From assembly GCF_002113885.1 (NCBI RefSeq), contig NW_018405514.1, forward strand, positions 212,523 to 276,522: 64,000 nucleotides of DNA. Reading direction: 5' to 3'. The notes below the pieces were generated by a model that was not told the DNA's origin, did no database searches, and was given only the letters and a program-made list of their open reading frames with translations. This DNA is from Mizuhopecten yessoensis. Its lineage: Eukaryota. Positions 12,701-27,700 of this stretch are shown in pieces (positions within the stretch are counted from its first letter, which is position 1; each line of letters begins with the position of its first letter). A program made the translations under genes and the position numbers.

Positions 12701-15700
12701 GTCAAATATAAACATATGGAACAAATTAATAAAGAGACCCCTGGTTAGCTACTGTCAAATATAAATATATGGGACAAATAAAGGGAACCCTGGTTAGCTA
12801 CTGTCAAATATAAACATATGGGACAAATAAAGAGAACCCTGGTTAGCTGCTGTCAAATATAGACATATGGGACAAATAAAGAGACCCCTGGTTACCTTCT
12901 GTCAAATATAAACATATGGGACGAATAAAGAGAACCCTGGTTAGCTACTGTCAAATATAGACATATGGGACAAATAAAGAGACCCCTAGTTAGCTGCTGT
13001 CAAATATAAACATATGGAACAAATTAATAAAGAGACCCCTGGTTAGCTACTGTCAAATATAGACATATGGGACAAATAAAGAGACCCCTAGTTAGCTGCT
13101 GTCAAATATAAACATATGGAACAAATTAATAAAGAGAACCCTGGTTAGCTGCTGTCAAATATAGACATATGGGACAAATATAGAGACCCCTGGTTAGCTA
13201 CTGTCAATTATAGACATATGGGACAAATGAAGAGAACCCTGGTTAGCTACTGTCAAATATAAATATATGGGACAAATAAAGAGAACCCTGGTTAGCTGCT
13301 GTCAAATATAGACATATGGGACAAATATAGAGACCCCTGGTTAGCTACTGTCAATTATAGACATATGGGACAAATGAAGAGAACCCTTGTTAGCTACTGT
13401 CAAATATAGACATATGGGACAAATGAAGAGAACCCTGGTTAGCTACTGTCAAATATAGACATATGGGACAAATAAAGAGACCCCTAGTTAGCTGCTGTCA
13501 AATATAAACATATGGGACAAGAAAAGAGAACTCTGGTTAGCTACTGTCAAATATAAACATATGGGACAAATTAATAAAGAGACCCCTGGTTACCTGCTGT
13601 CAAATATAAACATATGGGACAAATAAAGAGAACCATGGTTAGCTACTGTCAAATATAAACATATGGTACAAATAAAGAGAACCCTGGTTAGCTGCTGTCA
13701 AATATAAACATATGGAACAAATTAATAAAGAGAACCCTGGTTAGCTGCTGTCAAATATAGACATATGGGACAAATAAAGAGACCCCTAGTTAGCTGCTGT
13801 CAAATATAAACATATGGGACAAATTAAGATACCCCTGGTTAGCTACTGTCAAATATAAATATATGGGACAAATAAAGGGAACCCTGGTTAGCTACTGTCA
13901 AATATAAACATATGGGACAAGAAAAGAGAACTCTGGTTAGCTACTGTCAAATATAAACATATGGGACAAGAAAAGAGAACCCTGGTTAGCTACTGTCAAA
14001 TATAAATATATGGGACAAATAAAGGGAACCCTGGTTAGCTACTGTCAAATATAAATATATGGGACAAATAAAGGGAACCCTGGTTAGCTACTGTCAAATA
14101 TAAATATATGGGACAAATAAAGAGAACCCTGGTTAGCTGCTGTCAAATATAGACATATGGGACAAATAAAGAGACCCCTGGTTACCTTCTGTCAAATATA
14201 AACATATGGGACGAATAAAGAGCACCCTCGTTAGCTACTGTCAAATATAAACACATGGGACAAATAAAGAGAACCATGGTTAGCTACTGTCAAATATAAA
14301 CATATGGGACAAATAAAGAGAACCATGGTTAGCTACTGTCAAATATAAACATATGGGACAAATAATGATACCCATGGTTAGCTACTGTCAAATATAAACA
14401 TATGGGACAAGAAAAGAGAACCCTGGTTAGCTACTGTCAAATATAAACATATGGGACAAATTAATAAAGAGACCCCTGGTTACCTGCTGTCAAATATAAA
14501 CATATGGGACAAATTAATAAAGAGACCCCTGGTTACCTGCTGTCAAATATAAACATATGGGACAAATTAATAAAGAGACCCCTGGTTACCTGCTGTCAAA
14601 TATAAACATATGGGACAAGAAAAGAGAACTCTGGTTAGCTACTGTCAAATATAAACATATGGGACGAATAAAGAGCACCCTCGTTAGCTACTGTCAAATA
14701 TAAACACATGGGACAAATAAAGAGAACCATGGTTAGCTACTGTCAAATATAAACATATGGGACAAATTAATAAAGATACCCCTGGTTAGCTGCTGTCAAA
14801 TATAAAAAAATATGGTACAAATAAAGAGACCCCTGGTTACCTACTGTCAAATATAAACATATGGTACAAATGAAGATACCCCTGGTTAGCTGCTGTCAAA
14901 TATAAAAACATATGGCACAAATAAAGAGACCCCTGGTTAGCTGCTGTCAAATATAAACATATGGAACAAATTAATAAAGAGAACCCTGGTTAGCTGCTGT
15001 CAAATATAAACATATGGTACAAATAAAGAGACCCCTGGTTAGCTGCTGTCAAATATAAACATATGGGACAAACAAATAAAGAGACCCCTGGTTAGCTGCT
15101 GTCAAATATAAACATATGGGACAAATTAATAAAGAGACCCCTGGTTAGCTGCTGTCAAATATAAACATATGGGACAAACAAATAAAGAGACCCCTGGTTA
15201 GCTGCTGTCAAATATAAACATATGGGACAAACAAATAAAGAGACCCCTGGTTAGCTGCTGTCAAATATAAACATATGGGACAAATTAATAAAGAGACCCC
15301 TGGTTAGCTGCTGTCAAATATAAACATATGGGACAAATTAATAAAGAGACCCCTGGTTAGCTGCTGTCAAATATAAACATATGGGACAAATTAATAAAGA
15401 GACCCCTGGTTAGCTGCTGTCAAATATAAACATATGGGACAAATTAATAAAGAGACCCCTGGTTAGCTGCTGTCAAATATAAACATATGGGACAAATTAA
15501 TAAAGAGACCCCTGGTTAGCTGCTGTCAAATATAAACATATGGGACAAATTAATAAAGAGACCCCTGGTTAGCTGCTGTCAAATATAAACATATGGGACA
15601 AATAAAGAGACCCCTGGTTAGCTGCTGTCAAATATAAACATATGGGACAAATTAATAAAGAGACCCCTGGTTAGCTACTGTCAGGTATAAACAAATAGGA

Positions 15701-18700
15701 TAAAGACAACCCCAGGCTAACTGCTGTCTACATTTGGTTAGCTGTTGTCAAAAATAGACAAATGGGAAAATATAGACATTTGGTTAGTTGCTGTTAAACT
15801 AACAAACAGGTGGGTATGAATCTCTTGATAACGACAGTTAAATAAACCAAAAGTTTCCATAATAATCAAGTCATATGACATAAGGAAAATTGGTTGAAAA
15901 CTTTAATTGAAAATATTTCCGAGAAGTTTATTAAACTGTATGAAACTTACTTCATCTTCTTTTCTTTACATTCATCAGCTGGTCTTATTAATTCCCGACA
16001 CCCAGAGAGTCCACGTCATAAGACTACCACAGAATATTGGGTGGATACATTGCGAAAAACAGGCATTGGTGAGTCATTCTATATCATTGACTGCTTGGGA
16101 TATCTTTGTCAAAAATAAAAATTATTTCTCAATTTTTATGATATCATTGCCTGCCTGGGATTCAACTTTGAAAAATGTCAGTGCTGACACTGAAAAAGCA
16201 TTGCTACTATAGATTGATAACAAATAAACTATCCTTGAATAAGGAAATGATATAAAACTACATATAACCATGTCATAAACTTTTATTTCTTGTATGGCTG
16301 TTGTTGATGTATGTATAGCAGATGTAAGGTTTTTGATTTTTTCATTTTATATGGCTGTCAAAACTTTTGACAGGACGTTAAATGTTTCTGCAAAATAACT
16401 TGCTTTACCACATTCCAGGAATAGTTCTCAACTTTCTTGAGTAACACAGTACAAATGTTATTTCTTCAATTATTTAAAGTTCTTATGTTTCTATATTTTG
16501 AAACTTTTCGGTAGATATACAATAAGAAGGATTTTAAGTGTATGTCAGATTGGCAATGGACGGGCATATATTGTTCCTCTCGGGTACTCTTGTTTCTATT
16601 TTGAATGTAAATTATTCTAACTGAATTATCGTAGATAAATATGTTCATCATATAATCATATTCTTCTACCTAATGTATGATTATTTGTGTTGTTTGTGCA
16701 GGTCGCAGTACAGAGAGTACTGGTATGAACACATTCTCTGGCCTGAAAAAGCCCAAAGAACGAGACATGCCTTACCTAAGTACATCCTCCTATCTTCGCC
16801 AGATGGTTGGTACAGAAAAAACAAAGAAATATGATAACCCTACAAGTAAGTCAGAAGTCAGAATTATCTGTTAATTTGATATTAATGTGAATACATGTTT
16901 ATTATCATGAATTTGGCATTGATGGATCTAGGGGGGGGAGCTTTAAATCTACCCATCCTACCTACACATTCCTACTGAGGCCTTGCTCCTGGACCCTTCC
17001 CTTCACAAAATCCTGGATTTGTTAATGCTTGGTGTCATGGCACACCCAGCTTCTAATTAGGTAAGGGTTTTAGGTTACTTAAAATATCTTCTCAAAAGTA
17101 CAATCCAGCATGCTGAAGACAGTTAATGCAGTGCACATTCTTCCTAAAGAATGAGATGTAATATGTCTTTTACATTTTAACACCACAAACCCATGGCACA
17201 AAGAGTAGATTATAACATGCACACATGGAGGGATCTAAACAATAGTATTTAAATAAAAATTGTGTTATGCTTATTTTGATAAATAGTAGATTTAATAATT
17301 AAATTCTTATTTCAGCAAAACCGCCCATGGGTACCCCTGCTTATCGAACTCCTGAAGAATACTATGAGCAGATCCTGGAGTTGAAGAAGGTGTGTTGTTT
17401 CTAGGATTCAGACAGAATGTGTATTATATGAATTAAAGGATGTTCAAGATTCTGATATGCTTTTTTAACTAAATGCATTACATGTTTTGTATTACATTTG
17501 AATTAATCTGACATAGCACTGCTGAGGAGCATAGATATAGGAAAACTACATATTCATCAGACTACAACTATCTGTAAAGAAATATGTAAAGAAATTTAGA
17601 AAAGAAAATTATTCACACTTTTTGGAACCATTTTTGCTTAACCAAACATTTTTTTCCAGCAAATACAAAGTTTGAATCAGGATAATGGTACATTGAAGGC
17701 GAAAGTGCGAAGGACAGAGGAAGATAACATCAAAAAGGTAGACTGATTAAGTGTCATAGGAAAGAACAAATATTGAAAGAAGAAGTACTCCTTTCCTCTG
17801 TAAAGTTTGAATGATTATCCTAGTTTACTACTATAATGACAGATCTCTTACATACAAATAAATACACAAAGACTAGGAGGACATTTTACATAATATTTCT
17901 TTTTATCTGGATTTAGTTAGTATCTGGACTGTGAAAACCTTCTTTGTGTGTAATGATGATGTATTGAATAATATATATTTGTATGATGTTTCTTGTTTTA
18001 ATTTTGTATATGAAGATGTTTTCAAATAAATGACACAATTTCAATGTAATTTTTGATAGGAAAAAGAAATAGATGGTCTTCTTAACCCAACAAAGGTAAG
18101 ATTATTATTGTTCAGAAAATCTTCAACCTTTAAATCATTCATGTTCACAGATTGTTCAGCAAAACTGATTTAACGCTGATTTAACGCTCCTTGTTTTATA
18201 AACTGCCAACATATTTAAATACCAACGATTCCATGTTCCTTTTTTTTAAGAATTTCCTTGTATATGTCCCTTGACATATACAAAGAACAAAAATATACCC
18301 CTGTCCCTCAATGATGCCAAAATTTGGTTTGTCAAATTGCGATAGTATAGATAGATTAACTCTGCTTGTGTTTTACAAGCTATAACCTGTATATTATACA
18401 TATAACACCATGGAAATATAGCACAGACGAGTGTAAGTTTGTATCATGATCATGATCAATATTAATCTTGTTTTCATGAATTTGTATTTGTTGTAACCAG
18501 AGTGAAGAGATGAGACGGACACTGGGTGACAAACGACCAGACTCTGGGGCCATGGTTCATAGCCTGAAACAAAAAATCTTGAAGCTGGAGACACAGCTCA
18601 GAGATAGAGAGGCAGCTCTTTTGTAAGTCTATTAACCCTTAGGGTGCTACGCACGGCATATGCCGTTCTGAAAAGACGGGTCGTCAGTGCTTTGCATGGC

Positions 18701-21700
18701 ATATGCCGTTTCTCGGTCTGTAGGTTTTGATCGGAAGCCAGGAAGTGAGAAGTCGGGTTGTTGCTATACCAAACCCGAACTCGTATAGTAGAAGGCTTCT
18801 GATTGGTTGTTTTGTCATTACTTTCGATATTCCCGGCAGTGTACCCTAGTAATACCCAAAGGTGTGCGAGAGAATTTCAAATAGAAAAAAAAATGTCATA
18901 AAAATGGCAGAGGTGTAGATTGAAGCGATGAATATGATGGTAAACATTTATTCTCCGGCGTCACCTACGATGATAATAAAGGTTTTGAAGGGTTTAACAT
19001 GGTTGATGTGGAAATACTTCGGTGTAACATTATATGTAACTTTCCAATGAACGGCTTTGTGCCCTACGCAAACTGGAAAATATCAGCGGACTGAGGCGCA
19101 CATGTCGTCTACAGGTGAGGCCGATTTGAACATTGACATTGATACGTTTTGAGCCGATTTATTTCTTCAAACAATTTATCGATGATTTAATCATAAACTA
19201 GACTNTAACATGGTTGATGTGGAAATACTTCGGTGTAACATTATATGTAACTTTCCAATGAACGGCTTTGTGCCCTACGCAAACTGGAAAATATCAGCGG
19301 ACTAAGGCGCACATGTCGTCTGCAGGTGAGGCCGATTTGAACATTGACATTGATACGTTTTGAGCCAATTGATTTCTTCAAACAATTTATCAATGATTTA
19401 ATCATAAACTAGACCGCAGCTAAGATATATCTATATGCCGACTGTGACAGTAAATATATTGAAAGACGACCTGAAACCTGTAGAAAATCACATGAAATAC
19501 CTGACCTTTTTACTTGAGAAAAAATGCATTTTTAGATGTGAAAATATTAATTAGATCTGAAAAAAGCATTAGGTAAAGTTGAATGTTTACTCCTTTACTC
19601 TTGAGTCATTATTATTACGGTATAAATGATAGTCATTTGGCGTTATATATAGACTCAGAGTCAATAATGAAAAGTCATTTGGGATTCCTGAGCAATAACA
19701 AACATAGGTAGTTATATACCTAGCAATTATATATTTTCTGCAGAAAATTGCAAGCTGATTTGAAAACTACAAAGATTGATGAAATGAAAGTCCAATTGGA
19801 GGCCTGCTTTCACGAGATTGTAAGACTTCAACAGTCTAAAGACACTGGCATAGAGAAATCAATCAAGTAAGTTACATAAAAAAGCTTCATGAATATATTG
19901 TCATACTGAAACAAAACATTTTGGAGTTTTTCAGATATATACATCCTTGCATTGACAACGTTTAGAGAGATTTTAAGTCACACTAACTGTTAATCTCAGA
20001 TGGGATATGTTCAAGTTTTCTCACTTTAGATTTCATAAAAGTGAATGGTTTCTCAAAAATGTTTGTGATTGGATTATTATCAGCAACCTTGGATGAGCCT
20101 GACCAGGAAATCATGAAGAAACCCTAATCCAACCTAATACATATTAAAGTTACCTTTTATAATTCTAACTCTGTTTTATTTAGACATAAAAATGAAGGTG
20201 GAAAGATGGACAAAGCTGTGAAGGATACCATAATCCGACTGAACAAACAGATTGAGCAGCTCCGTTCTGAGAACAAAGGTCTGAAACAGGACCTGGAGCG
20301 GGACCTGTCTGGTACCACAGGTAATCTTATCATGTTACACTGTAGATACAGTCGTGTACATGTTCATAGATATATCCACATATTTTACTTTATAATCGTT
20401 TTCTAAAAAAAGTCTTATCAAATATCAGAACTGAAATCTATTTCTTGAAACTTCATAGATACAGGAAATATGGCTCGACAATGTGGTTTATCATGACCCA
20501 GAACTTCTATCTACCAGAACTTATCTAGAAGTTACAATTACACCAGCAATAATTCCATCAGATAGCATCAGTCTTTCAATGTTTAAGTCACAAAGTTTCA
20601 CATCAAGCATTCAGGTGTGTTTGTTCTGGCAGGTGGTTTTTGTGTCCATAGATATGAAATGTCACTAAACTTGATTAGATTTGTCAGTGATTCAAGGATC
20701 ACAAAATGTCAGGAATTGTTTGGAAACAATATGAAAGTGTATACACGTATTGATTCCAAATCTTCTTAATATTATGAAATAGCATCAGTTACCCTGTTTA
20801 TGATCTATAGAGTAGATTATACTACATGTAGAAAGATCTACTACCGGTACATAGTAGATTATACTACATGTAGAAAGATCTACTACCGGTACATAGTAGA
20901 TTATACTACATGTAGAAAGATCTACTACCGGTACATAGTAGATCATACTACATGTAGAAAGATCTACTACCGGTACATAGTAGATCATACTACATGTAGA
21001 AAGATCTACTACCGGTACATAGTAGATCATACTACATGTAGAAAGATCTACTACCGGTACATAGTAGATCATACTACATGTAGAAAGATCTACTACCGGT
21101 ACATAGTAGATCATACTACATGTAGAAAGATCTACTACCGGTACATAGTAGATCATACTACATGTAGAAAGATCTACTACCGGTACATAGTAGATCATAC
21201 TACATGTAGAAAGATCTACTACCGGTACATAGTAGATCATACTACATGTAGAAAGATCTACTACCGGTACATAGTAGATCATACTACATGTAGAAAGATC
21301 TACTACCGGTACATAGTAGATCATACTACATGTAGAAAGATCTACTACCGGTACATAGTAGATCATACTACATGTAGAAAGATCTACTACCGGTACATAG
21401 TAGATCATACTACATGTAGAAAGATCTACTACCGGTACATAGTAGATCATACTACATGTAGAAAGATCTACTACCGGTACATAGTAGATCATACTACATG
21501 TAGAAAGATCTACTACCGGTACATAGTAGATCATACTACATGTAGAAAGATCTACTACCGGTACATAGTAGATCATACTACATGTAGAAAGATCTACTAC
21601 CGGTACATAGTAGATCATACTACATGTAGAAAGATCTACTACCGGTACATAGTAGATCATACTACATGTAGAAAGATCTACTACCGGTACATAGTAGATC

Positions 21701-24700
21701 ATACTACATGTAGAAAGATCTACTACCGGTACATAGTAGATCATACTACATGTAGAAAGATCTACTACCGGTACATAGTAGATCATACTACATGTAGAAA
21801 GATCTACTACCGGTACATAGTAGATCATACTACATGTAGAAAGATCTACTACCGGTACATAGTAGATCATACTACATGTAGAAAGATCTACTACCGGTAC
21901 ATAGTAGATCATACTACATGTAGAAAGATCTACTACCGGTACATAGTAGATCATACTACATGTAGAAAGATCTACTACCGGTACATAGTAGATCATACTA
22001 CATGTAGAAAGATCTACTACCGGTACATAGTAGATCATACTACATGTAGAAAGATCTACTACCGGTACATAGTAGATCATACTACATGTAGAAAGATCTA
22101 CTACCGGTACATAGTAGATCATACTACATGTAGAAAGATCTACTACCGGTACATAGTAGATCATACTACATGTAGAAAGATCTACTACCGGTACATAGTA
22201 GATCATACTACATGTAGAAAGATCTACTACCGGTACATAGTAGATCATACTACATGTAGAAAGATCTACTACCGGTACATAGTAGATCATACTACATGTA
22301 GAAAGATCTACTACCGGTACATAGTAGATCATACTACATGTAGAAAGATCTACTACCGGTACATAGTAGATCATACTACATGTAGAAAGATCTACTACCG
22401 GTACATAGTAGATCATACTACATGTAGAAAGATCTACTACCGGTACATAGTAGATCATACTACATGTAGAAAGATCTACTACCGGTACATAGTAGATCAT
22501 ACTACATGTAGAAAGATCTACTACCGGTACATAGTAGATCATACTACATGTAGAAAGATCTACTACCGGTACATAGTAGATCATACTACATGTAGAAAGA
22601 TCTACTACCGGTACATAGTAGATCATACTACATGTAGAAAGATCTACTACCGGTACATAGTAGATCATACTACATGTAGAAAGATCTACTACCGGTACAT
22701 AGTAGATCATACTACATGTAGAAAGATCTACTACCGGTACATAGTAGATCATACTACATGTAGAAAGATCTACTACCGGTACATAGTAGATCATACTACA
22801 TGTAGAAAGATCTACTACCGGTACATAGTAGATCATACCAACATTTGGTCTTTTTGGATTTTTTTGTGAATGACTAATTAAGTTATTTAATTCAATTCAT
22901 TAAATTAAGTTAATAATAAAAATGTAGTCTATTATAACGAGGATATTCTCAGGGTGTATATGTATCACAGGTGAATCCTTTCCATTGCATATTTTTTAAT
23001 TTTAAGGACAAATTTTAATATAAATGTAAATGCCTCCTAATGTTGTTGTTTTTTAAATATACGTCAGATCTAAAAGACTGTTCATATTAAAGTGTTTATG
23101 AAGACATATATCACAACAAACCAAGAACTATTTTCTTACTTTAAATAAAAGTAAAACATGCAATATTTTACTATAAATTTTACATTAAAAACTAAAAATC
23201 AATGTTCTTTATGTTTCAGGCGATTATGAAGACATGGACAGAAAACAGCTACTTAGTGCAATTAAAAAATTGGAAAAGGTAAAAAAGAACTTAATACATG
23301 TAAATTTTAAATTATAGTTTGATCAACCTTTGTTCTGTGTATATATCAATCTTCATGAATAAGATCAAAACAAGTAAATTGTATTTAATATAACAGTGTC
23401 AAAAATTTTGTAAATCATTCATCTTCAGAGGTCAAAGAGTAGGAGGGTTGACGATGACGACGACGATGATGAATCCTTATATTCTGCGAAGAGAGTTGAT
23501 GTAAAGAAAGGTAATGCTATCACCTCAATATCCACATCACTATTGTTACATGGGATTTCATGGTTAACTCTTTGATTTGTGAAATGAGATGGATCAATAA
23601 TGAAAAAATGTATGTACCGGGGTATTTAAAAAAAATTAAAATTAAAAAAAATGGAGATGTTTTTTTCTGTTGAGAAAAAAAAAGCATTACAGAAAACTTT
23701 CACAAAATCAGTTGCCAATTTCCTTAGGAATATGCATAATATGAACCTTACTTGTTTCTCATAATAAAGATTGGTAAAAGGAGATTTTTTCTATACATAC
23801 AAAATTTGATAGTAATCGAAATTCATCTGGCTATTATAGGGAAGCTCACCCTTAAAGGAAGTATGGAGGAGCGGCTAGACCAATTGGACAAGAGGGAAAC
23901 CGAGTTGTTGGACACTATCAATAAACAGACAGACACCATCAAGCGTCTCAAAATCTATCGCAAACGCTGTGAAGAAAAGGAGTGAGTCTTAGACCTTATA
24001 TTAAATTGCCATTACGCATGATATCTAAACAACAAAATCACCAAGAGACATACTTAAATATTTGTGACATTTAATTACCTCAATTGTGTGGTTTCATTAT
24101 TCAACATTTAAATATACTGCTAATTCACCTGTGATACATATGCACCCTTAGCATATCCTCGTTATAATAGACTACATTTTTATTATTTACATAATTGAAT
24201 TTAATAGAATTGAATTAAATCATTTTATAAGTCTTTCACAAAAAATTCCAATTCTGCAACTGTTTAAATTTTGCACCAAAGGAATGTTTATTGTACAATA
24301 TTTTCACTACCACTTATTACTTATTTTTTATGATATCAGACGTGGTTAAAAATGCCAATTTATACATATCAAGTCAAACTGATGTCAGAATTTTAATTTC
24401 CTTGGATGCATAAATAGTATTCAGCAGTTATTATACCCCCACTTAGGAGGGTTGTGGGGAGGTATAAAGTAATCCCTTTGTCAATGCATGTGTGTTTGCA
24501 TGCGCCCATAGTAAAAAGATATCTCATTAACCCCTAACACATTCAGATTTTTATTTTTTACACCATAGTATGGTTATATGCCTAGATCTGATTAGACTTT
24601 GGGGGTGTCAGTCGAGGTTAAAAGGTAAAAGGTCATGTTCAAAGATTAACTTTACCACTTTTGAAGTAAAACCTTGTGTATGAGATCACAAACCTCTTGA

Positions 24701-27700
24701 CAAGTTAAGTCTACATTAACATCGTGGTATTGTAACATTGAGTTCTAAACCTGATTTTAGTGGTCATCAGGCAAATCGGGGTGCCAGGGACTCGGTCTTA
24801 TACCACCTTATCAATATAAGGTGGTACATCGATGTGAGCCTCTGCTCGATTTGTTTTTATTTTAGCGTTCCCTTCCACCCAACCATTAATTTCTGGAAAT
24901 AGATCAAACATCATATGACTTGTGCAAATGGATACTTTAAGTGTTAATTGTCATGCGTACAAGCAGGTTATTTTCGTAGGGGTTTCATTTTGGTGACTTA
25001 GCTGTTGCAGCTTATTTGATTGATTGAAAGAAAACCACCACAATTTGGTATTAAGAAAGCTAAAAATTCAATAGTTGACACATTGGAAATAGAAATTGAT
25101 GCTGTGGGTTTATTTGTCTGTAAAATGTCCTTGTTTCTTTTTTTTCAGTAAAGATATAAAGGTTCTAGAAGAAGAACTAGGAGGCAGTGGTGTAATATCC
25201 GCCCGGCGATCACCCACTCCCAGAACGTGTGTATTTTGTATTCATGTCATCTTTATTTTCCCCACTTCTGTGATACCTTGTTAGGGCTAGATGTAAATGT
25301 TGCATAATCTGTCAAACTGTTTGTTTTATTTATTGATACGCATCAAAACATAATTGGTAGTTGTTTTTTTCACTGGTTGTATTTTCTCCAAAAACCTGTT
25401 TGAGGTTAACAAAAATCAGCTTTTTACAGGGTCCGAGTAATGTTTCTTTATGATTTGTATATGTACATCTTAATTAATATCTATCATAAATTAATATAAT
25501 GAAGTTGACTGTAAAACGGTTAGATAGAATACCATAGAATACAATGTTTATCACTAGTTACCTGTTGGCATGTTGTTTTGTCGTGTAGCAGTCGCCCCCC
25601 TTCTGGACGACGAGCGTCTATGGAAAGCACAATGTCTGATGACCGTCGAAGCGGAAAAAAGAGCATTGATTCAGCACAGGATAGTGCTGCACGCAAAATA
25701 CAACAAGGATGGAAGAAGAAACAGTCTGACAGAGAAGAGGTGAGAAATTTTCACAGTGTGACTGCTTACTTATTAGTGTGCTGAACATTGTCAGAGTAGT
25801 TCACTGTTTCAGTAGATTTATGCTAAGATAACTTGGCTATATTGTATATAAAATCAAAATTAGACTCGTAAATGTTGTAACTTTACAGCAGTGAATAGAA
25901 ACATTGAGTATATAGAGAAGACAACAATTTATCACCTCAATATTGATGTAGTTTACACCTACTAAACTTTATCTATAGAACATTTCTGATATACTAATAC
26001 CTTATATACATAGAATTTTACTTTTTAAGTTCAATTTTGTTGTTCCTTCAAAATAAACAAAATAAAAACAAAATATAATTTACTGACTGAAATGTATTGA
26101 TAAGAGATGAAAAAAGCGAACTCCATCCTGAAACGTGTTGTGCACATTTTTTTATAGCAAGAGAAGGCAGATTACGAAAGGAGACTGAAGGCAGGTTTTG
26201 TTATATGTATTGTGATATGCTTTGAGGGATTTGATATTATGTGTGATTGTAATGTCCTATTCCTGCATGAACAGAAATGGTGGCTTCCTTTGTGAGCATG
26301 GGGGTATTTGTCTGCAGCATGTGGCATGTTTGTTATCACTAGCGATACACTTTTGAATTATGATAGGTTATAGGTAATAATCATATTGGTTAATAGTTCA
26401 ATTAATTTAAAGTCAAAATACAAATTTCAATGCATTATGTATTAGATGTATTGAATATAATCTGTTGAAATCTGTTTTCATAAGTATTTTTACTGAATAA
26501 AATAATGTATGTAACTTGATGAAATCTTAATTCAAAAGTGTTTACTGTGTAAATAAATAATTTTCACTTGTTGAAATCTTAATTCAGAAGTGTTCTGTGA
26601 AAATAATATTGTGATATTTGACCTTTAATCTGCACAGAACAAAACTTTAATCCACGACAGGGAATTTACATAATTAAAAACTTGACGGATTATAGCCAAT
26701 ATTTTCTTCCTTTATCATGTCACATATTTACCGAGTTTATAAATATCACGTCACATATTACTGAGTTATGAATAAAAACCATATAGCAATGATTCAAGTA
26801 CCTGTAGTAATCTGAAACAATTCAATATTTGATTCCATAGATCAGAGATATTTCAGCTTTCATTTAGATTGCTTGCTTATCTTTCTCAGCTTTATTTAAT
26901 GCCTATCAGTTAGAGTACCACTATCAGCAAAGATACATGTATTCAGAATTAAAATGCTTGCAATTGAAATATTTGATACATTTCTGTATTTAAATTGTTC
27001 TCTGAAATAACAAATCAACAAATAATTGTTGCCGATTAGATAGAACTACTAGTTAACCTTTTAGGCATTGTTCAATATCAGTAAGGACTTTTCAGTATTG
27101 TATTAAAATATGAACCATTTATGATATTGGCTATATTAAAGTTTTGTCCAGGTTTTTCCTTTTGTCCAGGTTTTCCTTGATCATTAATCCTGGTCTTTTC
27201 ATGTACTGCTTCTCAGTGCAGAAGTTACTCTAAGTCACTTTACTTCAGTGATCAATTGTATGTATCTCATACAGTGAGTAACCAACACTGACCAAATATG
27301 TTCATGTACTAAACGTTTGTGTTTAACTTGTGCATGCCCGAGTTGGTAATGTGTGCCATTAACACTAATGACATTATTCATTTCTTATCGTTTACATTTA
27401 GTATATTGGGGACATGCTAATAATAGGAAAAATGGCTGAACAAACATGTACATGCTCTTTCTGACAAAGTCTCTTACATTTAAGGATACTATTCCATCTT
27501 AAAAACTGTAACTTTGATTGTCAAATAACTTCAAAATTTGTTTATTTCTGATTAGTCCAAAAGAGGAAAGAAACATTAATATTCAGCAATTGTATTTCAC
27601 AGGAATTTTAATGTCACAGCCAGATAAATGCACAAAAAAACCACCCTGCAAATTTGTTGACAGATTGAAACGTAGTGAGGACAATTAAAATACTGCAAAT

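Noticed and set aside
18995-19414. Roughly 210-bp direct duplication
   Set aside because: The copies are separated by a single N (19205) and differ by a few SNPs, typical of overlapping haplotype contig ends joined in scaffolding.
20785-22869. 683-aa and 689-aa repetitive ORFs on both strands
   Set aside because: Stop-free frames of a 42-bp (multiple of 3) intronic minisatellite, with no synonymous variation and no gene signals.
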